Shown here piece after piece: positions 9,001-15,530 of a stretch of DNA of 64,000 nucleotides (the stretch's first letter is position 1; each line of letters begins with the position of its first letter). The position numbers were made by a program, and so were the translations under genes. This stretch comes from Bythopirellula sp. (GTDB lineage Bacteria; Planctomycetota; Planctomycetia; Pirellulales; Lacipirellulaceae), in NCBI GenBank assembly GCA_965216565.1, contig OZ244170.1, positions 3,200,001 to 3,264,000 of the forward strand, written 5' to 3'. A model generated the notes under the pieces. That model was given only the letters and a program-made list of their open reading frames with translations, was not told where the DNA came from and did not search any database.

Positions 9001-11222
9001 CATTCAGTTCGTATCAATACCAGTATGACCGCGCTCATCGAATTACTGACCAATCTAAATCGCTTGATACATCGGTTGCCGCACTCTCGCAGGCCACTGC
9101 CAACAATGCGGAAGCCTTTAATTTTGACCAAGCCGGTCAGCTTACCGCCGACGACGCCGGCAGCTACACCTACGACGACAACGGCAATCGCACCGATAGT
9201 GGGTTCGGCGTCGGCGAGCATAATCGGCTCACCGAGGATGCTGATTTCACCTATCTCTACGACGACGAGGGGAATCTCATCCGCCGAACCGAGAAGGTTG
9301 GCGGGCCACTGGGTGGACAAGTTACTGAGTACAGCTGGGACCACCGCAACCGCCTTGTGCAAGTGGTCCACTACGACGCGGCTGGCAATACGCCAATCTC
9401 TGGCACGATCGACTACCGCTACAATGCCGCCGACCAACTCGTCTGGCGACAGGAGACCACTGGTGGCACGCCCAAGACGGCTAGGCACTATGTCTTCTCC
9501 GGCGACCATCGAGTGCTGGACATTGCCGACACCGGAGTCGTACGGCACCGTTTTCTCTGGGGACCTGGGGGCGATCAGCTCTTGCTTGACGAAGTCTACG
9601 GAGGTAGTGGCATTCAAGTTACCGAGGCGCTTTGGGCGGCCACCGACCACCTGGGTAGTGTTGGCCAACTCGTTGAGCCTGATGGCACTATCTACGAGCA
9701 TCGCGAGTACGACTCCTTCGGCGACATCGAACAGGCGTTCGACGAACTAGGCAATGCCAAAGCCACCGGCAGCCTTCGCAGTCACGTTGCGCACGCTGGT
9801 AGTCTCTGGGATGACGACGCCGGTCTCTACAACAAGCGTGCCCGCTGGTACGACCCCAACACGGGCCGCTTTGTCGGCGAAGACCCCGCCGAAGACGGTA
9901 GCAACTGGTACCAATACGCCGGAGGCGACCCCATCAACTTCCGCGACCCCACCGGCCTAACCCCGGCGGGCAACCCGCTCAATGGTGTCAATGGCGGCTT
10001 TAGCGGTAACGTGCTCCGTGAGGAGAATACACTACTTCGCAATGTTGCAAGTCGTCCCGTTACTGCAGGATTAAGCTTCTCACAAATAGCAAGTTCAGGC
10101 CCCGTTAACAATTCTTTCCGAAATATCCAAGACGCTTTCTTCCAGCATGAATTCTCTACCTTAGCAACAAGCAAACTTAGCTCAGTCGGAATTGACTCAA
10201 CTTCCCAATTCACCGTCAATGCCTCCTTAGACCGCATTGTAGCAGCTCAGAGACCTTTCATTGCCGTAGGTCCGGCCAGGGAACAGTTTGATGACCCGAT
10301 TCTCCGGGGACTAGCAAACCCGCGGGTTCAGGGGGGGCTACAAGTTGTACAAGGAGTTAGTGAGGGATTGATAGCCGGTGGATTAGCACTCGCACCCGAG
10401 CCCACTCTAACGACAAAAGTAGCTGCAGGGGTACTGGGAGCTAAATCCTTTGACAGTATCCAGGCTGGTTTCAGGCAATTGATTTTAGGCGAGCAAGTCG
10501 ACAGCTTCACGCGCACTGCGACCACTAACGTGACCACCGGCTTGGGTGCACCAGATGATCTAGTATCTTTTTCAAACTTTCTAGTTGATGCTGGTCCCAG
10601 CGTTGTTGGCGGAGCTGCACTCTCCCGGACATTGGCCCGGGGTTCGACAGGACTTGTAGACGATGCCGCAAGACTTAACAGCAATGTACTTCATACCAGC
10701 ACGCTCTCGACTCACTCTTTTGATGATCTACTAGCCGCACAACGGCTTACCAATCAGATCGAAGTCGCAGCTAGCAATCAGATCATTAGCCAGACGAGTA
10801 CGGCATCGCTGAGAGTAAAGTTGAGCCCTATTCTCGAGACCCAGCGTGACTTATCAATTCTAGCAAATCGTCAGTCAAATGTTGTTAATCGATTTCTTCA
10901 ATCGAGTGATAGCCGTGTTGCAATATCGTTTCGTCAGGCCCAAACTGAAAACCCACCATTTGCAAATCTTATCCAAGGAAGGGTGCTTGACCGTCGGTTA
11001 AATTCGTTGTTAAAACGTCAGCCTCTGGGGAACAATGTGAGACTAGATCAAACAGTCCCTAACTCCGGAAGTAACTTGCGGCCTGATGTTTTTTTTCCTA
11101 GCCTCGACAACAAAAGTGTTATATTCGATTTTGGCGGTGTTTCGAAAATCAGGGCCATCCAGAAATTTGACGGACTCGCTGATGAAATAATACCGATAGT
11201 ACCCTTAGAGAGATTCAAATGA
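3..11222 (+). CDS. Giant RHS/YD-repeat polymorphic toxin protein (5'-partial, >3700 aa in window)
   Basis: The frame of ORF 843..11222 has no stop back to position 3 (GDASVGGDKVAQSKFSEISLYD...), so the start lies upstream of the window. Features: DUF6531-like 'GDPVNIANGSMF...LNFARHY' at ~3440; many YD repeats (YDAAGN, YDALNRL); RHS-core end 'GLYNKRARWYDPNTGRF...NWYQYAGGDPINFRDPTGL' at ~9820-9959; ~420-aa C-terminal extension. Confidence 0.93.
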   Translation, partial: GDASVGGDKVAQSKFSEISLYDVPTGYDGTFQIPTNATEIVFDSFTTPDGIDIKSLDIPNYQVTENTVLEFDFRGLAPGPGSSHSIGVGATIDSEFETIYTLDLPSIDGSSSQTQTVNLGTELEIPNGSFLDISHLVFTNIGSTGDPGPAQPTTSYFSNISLYEAPLGTATIQSNNPHNRIKLTGSVSKSLDITDHDITESTVLRFDFKSNTEGALHLLGWDTNNTFQQGYPDADVFALYGDDVVGTPAYDGTGWEPIAIHLYGEDPSSLGKIISHLFFTMDGGAAGLTADSFFRNIRFEELEEIDLDGSKQVNPNGSTHELQLTGTTAETLVVPGGYTITPHTVLQFEFSSNSQGEMHRIGWDTNGTYSEATDSPRLYPVFGNQASSLYPGLNGTAYNFYDSIGTDTIQIPIGSIVFDGEPNPVDQVISRLIFTVEGNSLGSSAQSVFKNVSLTETSPAGDFFVDGAGIHLLGTASKSVAGTGVGTHTIREDSWLLFDFSSTQQGALHQIGWEFGDATYGQNPSDEQLYSIYGTSANSGGLYSRYNPGPSNPGEVQTIAIPIGRILVNGNESPDGKKLNRLVFRSVEGDEGIATESVFNNVRLWRPSSSATIHDYPWFSLELNGNSAKTIPIGHYNISDNTHLFVDLNGDVEGLHHAIGVDTDSTYDGIEALFQLNGIPDGRFIQINPSGFFPSDIPLGNLINGPNAVNNIVFLNKSGPSSEDARSVFNEVKLYEKIGPTGALWSKRLSVPEHSLSDISFQIDGSGDKRTSRLYIDGVGQSAPSQSIWVSAGDKASIKVTNTVPTAFGIGQDFTKTYTQNYDEVISLGLDANQFSRDALVAKQADLLAALQNNTDLAHYLNDIDELLSHTVAKYWSDFNRDNAAINQITNTLGIQTRVGSGIAKAKKNLLVDAQTGDFIIEHLPYQIAPEGMGVDLPNGVHFSLNRSIGSLASEAFQLVGYNASALEHNIVESEINSASVSTIQGLRNAYLQEFGVDDQHNLITDDSILVFDRLSTGEVLYRGEWHKDSSFPNQSVTVSDLANLESYLVHHRPKSGGSNEFAGSVWANLNDTEVDGGIRILVPKGKSKVDHWVGSVYLRETAESGTYAIVKEGGEIANGGFSGDVFKTVNTQLPPVDFKFQTFAGDPVNIANGSMFRDEVDIVYPNLGVPLNFARHYVSNSTDDIGLGVGWTHSFGDMLVLDPEDTSTGDLVWITPSGQRHKFVPNGPNFEVPSALHGEFIDTGTLYVYKDKSGMEYHFEQKSITETSLNSLQVVGRLVKQIDNIGNGVEIVYVNDSTRQIGSVRDVHNFLRRLEIEYATDDRISAVHKVDSGLIGTWNFTSEEINGTQASSDFRLTKVEAPQVNTIDSQGASILASPTVHYDYYTTGPSVGLIETITEADGETHDYEYYPNGRVFRVNDADGGVESYTYNLFRNVTEFTNPNGNTEIYIHQDNGLLEKQIHEDRTRMVLTWGEQGTDAEYLMSSSTDEIGATETFTYYDSGDFRRELQQSTSKHFQNADGTPVDSDDVFTTDFTYVQPLDRQHMFLLGQTIIDAGDENITTSFTYDNLGRLETTTDALGNVTLREYYADDINPTDGLLKSETSARGNDSADTSAVNAEYVRWHELSSSYQVNSDTLSVRLSMTNDLDDNGKVAIADAIRLERIDGDFPYSRVIDNDDNGLDLDGFNVTGSLGPDYFYSTGNTLAGIEGDDTGLKSLGTKATWTFTNLQPGHYRVLTTWGVGGNRWHTVPFDIVDGNDFTDSSRLTVDVDQTLHPDDVAPRFITTFSYDAAGNLTQASRDGQPTTVNEYHHTGGILRTTSPPDAAGQIVVSENSYDTLGRLTDTETYPANDPEAALVRSFEYDAVGRVRFSTDELGRITTLAYDARGNLIEQISPDGTSIAFEYDANSNLVRQIDELGRETRSKFDSRDRLINTIFADGASEHIRYTGTGQVAGTTDALDKETVFLYDAIGRLLTTTNAHNYSFSNEFDKLGRLVATTDYEGNRTEFNYDSLGRVIKSRTLPANSAEPLLALTTFDYDAEGNVIRQASYDTVNFGVANSIDDPRSLITPAAIAANSIQLIETQYDVFNRPIEVIAASGSINQEASSNVYDHTGRVVYSYDELGRVSELRYDQYGRLLETVAPDPDGTGSQSSPITRFEYDAVGNQTAIIDPNGNRTVLQYDVFNRVVNTIDALGGKTQTLYDTAGQLVATVDALGRATYSVFDKRGRLTKTRSADPDGTGPLLPSESQFEYDGAGNLLRQIDPRGYETHYEYDDLHRLIKETRSYETIVDSSNSEHFSLIRDNGSAPVTTGYGGNAELVQHDDNQQNANLQTAIAEWRFETLPAGKYRILATWPSSPGGTNVLTVQTNFNEAGFTAIAGESWDQSSPPDDVQRTLDGVTTDWAILAEDIELSAANNTLRLRLRSQAGEDLLADAIRVERIDTREYAYDDNDNLTSETDTLGRITSYTYDELDRIKTVTLPDPDGPAGLSSPQTTTNYDGYGNVTETVEFRGGDNRKTQWTYDTRNRVLSETLDVDGDAEVATEFTYDAAGNLIEQIEAVGEVNARTEYFYDNLNRLQEQVRYRSAGDFYGVTTFYSYDANGNLTESEDEYFDQNNPLNYFKRRVNFTYDALNRETSTTRHNLLQSVSQYDAVGNVISNTDGLRRTTTFAYDHLNRLVSVAGPDPDGNLGSLEASVTTSTYDLSGNLTSQTNGENETDPFFYDRNGRLLSSTDGLGHTAHFTYDSEGNQIAYTDPTGNATTYEYDALNRLTSESITLDSNPASRGYAYSDEGNLDSIIDRNGRTRTFYYDGLDRLTGEFWYDQPGGSLVQGLSWSYDSLGRLEVDRDIHYASGASQVNNYEYDDLGRVTEHRNYDTLLGFSSDAPRIVQRYQYDLITNNTISTVHSQHLLDSQDIERHRGTSTVTFDRQGRVTKITDDADTSRGIDAKLFDFHNDAANQMTGVTRTADGNSVFDTLYGYDNAGRAVNIAHQQAVGPQLSAFSSYQYQYDRAHRITDQSKSLDTSVAALSQATANNAEAFNFDQAGQLTADDAGSYTYDDNGNRTDSGFGVGEHNRLTEDADFTYLYDDEGNLIRRTEKVGGPLGGQVTEYSWDHRNRLVQVVHYDAAGNTPISGTIDYRYNAADQLVWRQETTGGTPKTARHYVFSGDHRVLDIADTGVVRHRFLWGPGGDQLLLDEVYGGSGIQVTEALWAATDHLGSVGQLVEPDGTIYEHREYDSFGDIEQAFDELGNAKATGSLRSHVAHAGSLWDDDAGLYNKRARWYDPNTGRFVGEDPAEDGSNWYQYAGGDPINFRDPTGLTPAGNPLNGVNGGFSGNVLREENTLLRNVASRPVTAGLSFSQIASSGPVNNSFRNIQDAFFQHEFSTLATSKLSSVGIDSTSQFTVNASLDRIVAAQRPFIAVGPAREQFDDPILRGLANPRVQGGLQVVQGVSEGLIAGGLALAPEPTLTTKVAAGVLGAKSFDSIQAGFRQLILGEQVDSFTRTATTNVTTGLGAPDDLVSFSNFLVDAGPSVVGGAALSRTLARGSTGLVDDAARLNSNVLHTSTLSTHSFDDLLAAQRLTNQIEVAASNQIISQTSTASLRVKLSPILETQRDLSILANRQSNVVNRFLQSSDSRVAISFRQAQTENPPFANLIQGRVLDRRLNSLLKRQPLGNNVRLDQTVPNSGSNLRPDVFFPSLDNKSVIFDFGGVSKIRAIQKFDGLADEIIPIVPLERFK

Positions 11223-11842
11223 ATAAAGCTGATTTCATTAAGCGATGGTCAGATCCGACGTATCTATCATCTGTCAAAAACAATTTATTTGAAATCACAG
11301 ACAATCGTTTCTTGGAAGGGCCAGCTGAACTTAGGGGGCTCATCGTTGGATTGAACGGAGCTCTTGAAGAATACGAATCCTTGTCATTTGAACACGCAAC
11401 AATACGACTTATTGACTTCACCTATTCCAAGTTCTCTTGCAGCTTTAGTCATAGCAGACTAGAAGAGTTGGACTTCTCAGATTGTCTTTTTGATACATGT
11501 AACATGATTGGTACTCATTCTTCCAAATGTCATTTCCGTTCTACGAGAATCAGTGCCCCGACAATGAACGATGCTGTTTTTGAGAATTGTGACTTTTCAA
11601 ACTCTACTCTCAAGGGACGAGGATTTTATGAATACGGAGGACGGCGGGCGATTTTTAGTAAGTGCAATTTTCGAGGTGCAAAGATAAAATCTCTTGAATT
11701 TCGGGCCTCCAAATTCATTCAATGTCTATTCGAGGAGACTATCTTTGAAAAATGTGATTTACGAGGAGCTAAGTTTGAAGGCAACATTGTAAATGCTGAT
11801 CAACTCGCACGCTGTAACATAGATAGCACCATATTCTCGTAA
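11219..11842 (+). CDS. Pentapeptide-repeat protein, candidate immunity protein of the RHS toxin
   Basis: Pentapeptide-like periodicity (LDFSDCLFDTC, AVFENCDFSNSTL, AIFSKCNFRGAKI, TIFEKCDLRGAKF). Its ATG overlaps the RHS stop (ATGA). AT-rich like the toxin tip. Confidence 0.85.
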   Translation: MNKADFIKRWSDPTYLSSVKNNLFEITDNRFLEGPAELRGLIVGLNGALEEYESLSFEHATIRLIDFTYSKFSCSFSHSRLEELDFSDCLFDTCNMIGTHSSKCHFRSTRISAPTMNDAVFENCDFSNSTLKGRGFYEYGGRRAIFSKCNFRGAKIKSLEFRASKFIQCLFEETIFEKCDLRGAKFEGNIVNADQLARCNIDSTIFS

Positions 11843-12380
11843 TACGAATTATGCAGAAGAGCTTGTCTAGGTATGTTTAATTCTCGACTGATCTTACGAT
11901 TGCCAGGCTTTCGGATGATGGGGAAGTCAAGAGTTACCAGAAAGCATGTTTTGCACCTCTAAGTTTCGTTATCCCCCCAGGCCACCTCTGCCGGCTGTGC
12001 CACCACTGACTGATGGCAATGTGGCCACCATTGCTGTTCGCTTTACTATGCAGAATTTCGATAATTGAGTTTGCAGATTCTTGCGCCCGTTCTTTAATAA
12101 CTAGACTCTATTTATTGGTAGTTAAGCGTTAGTTCTCTCGTCGAGAAATATTGCACGCTCGGTTCTCTTTTTGGCCTGCAAAAGTCCCTGGCATTTTGCC
12201 CCCGGTGACTGGCATTGTTCCCTTGCATCGCAGTGTCTGGGCAAACTAGCACTGTGCAAAATGTTTCTTGCCATCGGGCCCGACGGCGCTTGCCGGAGAC
12301 CAAATTCTTGGCAAACTGCGATAGATCGGCATTCTAAGCCGCACCAAAGTTGGGAGTTTTTCGGCGAAGTCCTCATAACT

Positions 12381-12737
12381 TCACGCCCGTTTCTTTTTTC
12401 CCGAGGCCTTTGCGGTCGAGTCGGCTTCGGCAGAATCTTTGACGCGCAGCAGTGTGTTGGCCCAGTAGGCTTCGTATTTGCTGATCCAGCGCTCAATGAT
12501 TTGCCGCAGCGGTGCCGCGTTGAGCGAGTTGATTCGCAACCGACCCTCGCTGCGAGTATTCACGAGTCCCGCCTCGCGCAGTACGTCGAGGTGCTTCATC
12601 ACGCCGAAGCGCGACAGGTGGGGGAATTGCTCGACGACCTCGGTCGTTTGTCGCGGACCATCGCGGAGTAGGTCCAGAATCTCTCGGCGGGTGGGGTCGG
12701 CCAGCGCCTTCCAAACCTGATCATTCGGCTCGCTCAC
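12381..12737 (-). CDS. ArsR/SmtB-family transcriptional regulator
   Basis: 'WKALADPTRREILDLL...SRFGVMKHLDVLREAGLV...EGR' winged-helix signature. Confidence 0.92.
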   Translation of the reverse strand: MSEPNDQVWKALADPTRREILDLLRDGPRQTTEVVEQFPHLSRFGVMKHLDVLREAGLVNTRSEGRLRINSLNAAPLRQIIERWISKYEAYWANTLLRVKDSAEADSTAKASGKKKRA

Positions 12738-13201
12738 GCAGGACTCCCGACACTTGCCTCGGCAATTCGCTTCACGCTCTGGAGGTAGCTATCCCAACCC
12801 ATCACGACCCCTTGGCGATGCTCGTCGAGAATTTGTCCGAGCGCCTGGTGACGCAGATAAACGTCGGTGCCGCCGGCGACCTGGGTCAGTTTGAACTGCA
12901 CATGTCCTGCGACTGCATACGACATGAACATGGGACCTTGGATTTCGATGAGCGTCGGCGGTTTGATCACCTGGACAAAACCCCACAAATGTCCCTGGCC
13001 ATTGCCAAGATCGCGGAACCATCTGCCGCCGGGCCATTCCTCCAGCACCATTGGCATCGGTTTGTTATCGGGCGTTGTACTTTCAGTCGTGAGTCGGCAG
13101 ACAAGCGCCTTATAGGCATCGCCAATGGCGGTTTCGACTTCGATCGATTGCGTGATGTCGAGTGTAAGCTCTTGGGTATCGACCATGGAAGTTTTCTCCA
13201 A
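12734..13201 (-). CDS. SRPBCC/AHSA1-like (START-fold) protein
   Basis: 'EEWPGGRWFRD...GHLWGFV...PP...GWDSYLQSVKR'. Overlaps arsR by 4 bp, a common pairing. Confidence 0.85.
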   Translation of the reverse strand: MEKTSMVDTQELTLDITQSIEVETAIGDAYKALVCRLTTESTTPDNKPMPMVLEEWPGGRWFRDLGNGQGHLWGFVQVIKPPTLIEIQGPMFMSYAVAGHVQFKLTQVAGGTDVYLRHQALGQILDEHRQGVVMGWDSYLQSVKRIAEASVGSPA

Positions 13202-13216
13202 GTAAGTGTTTTGATG

Positions 13217-13750
13217 CTAAACCGATTGCCCGACTGGCGAAGATTGGGATACTTCGTTCGTGGCAGGCGACTTTACCGGTACGATGAAACTCATATGCAT
13301 CTCGGCATGCCTGAGGTGAAACTTCGTCCACTCATCGCGACTGAGATTTCCCAAACCTGGGTGAATGGCCCGCTTGGATTCAGCGGCCTGGCGGACGATT
13401 GCTTGTTCGAGAGAAGCTAATCCTTCCTCCACAGGCATGTCGTCGGGACGAAAATTATCGGGAGCGGAGAATCCAGAGGGAACCTCTCTTTCGAGGAACT
13501 TTTTCTTCATGAACAGCGCCATGATCAAACGTAGCGGCGCGGGGAACGACATATCGAAGCCATCGATTGAGGAATTGAGAGTCATCGCCAGATGTTCGTA
13601 GATTTGTCCTCGCGACCAGTTGCCAAGCATTCGGACATCGGCCGCCGCCAGACTCCGCGCGTCGGCCAGCAGTTCATCCAGCGACGCATAGCGAACCGTG
13701 CGTCGGCCTTGTACTTTTTTCGTGTTGATCATGATTTTTAAACTCCGCAT
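13217..13750 (-). CDS. DUF1569 (DinB-like) protein; likely start ATG at 13732
   Basis: 'GNWSRGQIYEHLA...HPGLGNLSRDEW...HLRHAEMHMSF' motifs. Confidence 0.85.
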   Translation of the reverse strand: MRSLKIMINTKKVQGRRTVRYASLDELLADARSLAAADVRMLGNWSRGQIYEHLAMTLNSSIDGFDMSFPAPLRLIMALFMKKKFLEREVPSGFSAPDNFRPDDMPVEEGLASLEQAIVRQAAESKRAIHPGLGNLSRDEWTKFHLRHAEMHMSFIVPVKSPATNEVSQSSPVGQSV

Positions 13751-13774
13751 GTTGACTGACCGTAGCTCCCACTG

Positions 13775-13798
13775 ATATGTTACTCGATAGTAACGTAT
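13775..13798. promoter_or_regulatory. Imperfect palindrome, candidate ArsR-family operator
   Basis: ATATGTTACT-CGAT-AGTAACGTAT (9/10 arm match) between the divergent DUF1569-SRPBCC-arsR operon and the VOC gene. Confidence 0.55.
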
Positions 13799-13861
13799 TA
13801 TTTGTGCCGCGACAAGTGGTTTTCAGCTCAATTTCTTCCCCAGATCTCAAGGAGCAAAACG

Positions 13862-14242
13862 ATGCCTTCCCATGCAAATCCCGTCAATTGGTTTGAAATT
13901 CCCGTTACCGACATGACTCGCGCAAGAAGTTTCTACGAAAAGGCCTTTGGCATCGATATTCAGGAAACGGAGATGGGCCCCTTGAAGATGGGTTGGTTCC
14001 CGATGGAGATGGGCAAGCAAGGAGCGGCGGGGACGCTCGTCTTGGGCGATGGCTATAAGCCTTCGCACGATGGCTCGCTAGTTTACTTGCATGTGGACAG
14101 TATCGAACCAACGTTGGAAGCCATCGATGGTGCCGGTGGCAAGACCTTAGTCCCCAAGCAAAGCATCGGCGAGCACGGCTTCATTGCTCACTTTGAAGAT
14201 ACGGAGGGCAATCGCGTAGCGGTTCACGAGTCGCCCGCCTAG
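13862..14242 (+). CDS. VOC (glyoxalase/bleomycin-resistance-like) family protein
   Basis: '[25 protein letters not shown]...[17 protein letters not shown]'. AGGAG precedes ATG 13862. Confidence 0.92.
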   Translation: MPSHANPVNWFEIPVTDMTRARSFYEKAFGIDIQETEMGPLKMGWFPMEMGKQGAAGTLVLGDGYKPSHDGSLVYLHVDSIEPTLEAIDGAGGKTLVPKQSIGEHGFIAHFEDTEGNRVAVHESPA

Positions 14243-14331
14243 GGAAGATGGCTCGGTTGCTCCGGCGATCTGTCATATCGCGGCTATCACATGCAAATTC
14301 TGTTTTTTTGATGCGCTGCAGTGGTTTGTAT

Positions 14332-15405
14332 TCACTCGAAACCGAATTCTTCTAGTGTGATTTCGCCCTCGGTTGACGTAACGGGGGTGAATTTCACTCG
14401 CGTATGCTGGAGGAAGTCGTCGTTGATTGATTCGAACCGGTCCGCAGCGCGCTGCTCGCCGACCTGGAACAACTCAGGGATGTGTTCGACCTCGTCGAGG
14501 CCCCATTTATCCATCATGCGGAAGTTGATATGTCGATAACGATCGCCCAAGAAGTACTTTAAAGGTAAGTGAATTCCTTGGACCTGAGATGTTCCCATGA
14601 CATCGGCGACTCGTGGTGCCCAATACAGGAGCCCTGCATCGGCGCCGGGGGGCGACAAAGAAAACTGTGCTCTGCCTGTGCCGATGGAGAGCAGATGGAT
14701 ATTGTCAATGAAATACGAATCATCCGTGGATTCGTTCTTTTCATTTTGGAAGTTGTGAATACGGATAGCTTCGGCCAACGCAAGCACGCTGGGATCGTTC
14801 GCCCACATCGCACCGTCGACATACGCATGCTCACCAATTTGATGATGGGGGAAATAAGTGGGGGCTGCTGTTGCAGCGATTGTAACGTCGGTGACCTTAA
14901 TATGCCGATCGTGATATGCCTTGGGCAAATGGCAAGAACGGAACACATGCGGTTCGCCGAGTGTTAGATTGACTGCCGGGATGGCGAGACGCGTGTAGCA
15001 GACTGAATCCAATCTGGTTTCGCCGAACCCCTCATCGAAAGCTTCTCGTAACGCAATCGGGCAGAATCGGGCACGAAATGCCGCGTCGAGTCCCCCACCG
15101 GTCCGCTTGCGAAACACCCAATTCGCAGGCGGAAACAATGCCCGCGTGACACCACGCGCTTTGTATCGTGGCCGAGGCGTAAAGATCTTCGCGCCATACT
15201 GCACATAAAAGTCGTGCATTCGCTCAGCGGAAAGGCCCATTGCCAAACCGGCAGCAATTATTCCACCTGTGGACGTGCCGGCAATCAGATCAAATGCTTC
15301 GGCTATATTGCGGCCTGCCTTCTGCTCTAGCTCTTTCAGAAACGAGGTGACAAACGCCCCACGAATTCCACCTCCAGCCAGGGAGAGAATCTGAAAGCGA
15401 GACAT
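14332..15405 (-). CDS. Patatin-like phospholipase (CapV-like)
   Basis: Oxyanion 'LSLAGGGIRG', nucleophile 'FDLIAGTSTGG', 'AAPTYFP', catalytic Asp 'YVDGAMWANDP'. Confidence 0.9.
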   Translation of the reverse strand: MSRFQILSLAGGGIRGAFVTSFLKELEQKAGRNIAEAFDLIAGTSTGGIIAAGLAMGLSAERMHDFYVQYGAKIFTPRPRYKARGVTRALFPPANWVFRKRTGGGLDAAFRARFCPIALREAFDEGFGETRLDSVCYTRLAIPAVNLTLGEPHVFRSCHLPKAYHDRHIKVTDVTIAATAAPTYFPHHQIGEHAYVDGAMWANDPSVLALAEAIRIHNFQNEKNESTDDSYFIDNIHLLSIGTGRAQFSLSPPGADAGLLYWAPRVADVMGTSQVQGIHLPLKYFLGDRYRHINFRMMDKWGLDEVEHIPELFQVGEQRAADRFESINDDFLQHTRVKFTPVTSTEGEITLEEFGFE

Positions 15406-15530
15406 GGCTCCGCCATCCGGGGTCAGAAGCTAAAGAAACTTAGAGTACTTTAGTCGGCGACACATCGATCAGGCAAGAACCCATTGGAGGTCGGTAGGCT
15501 TACTTTGGAACTCGACTTAAAGCACAAGTA

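Noticed and set aside
8727..9701. 324-aa minus-strand ORF and many other 60-240-aa overlapping ORFs
   Set aside because: Antisense or out-of-frame shadows of well-supported genes, with no motifs of their own.
11843..12380. Possible orphan toxin/immunity module or small genes after the pentapeptide gene
   Set aside because: No RHS-core remnant or convincing ORF. The listed ORFs overlap arsR or look non-coding.
14332..15405. Complete CBASS anti-phage system
   Set aside because: Only a patatin is present, with no CD-NTase or ancillary genes in the window. GlnD's nucleotidyltransferase domain is housekeeping.
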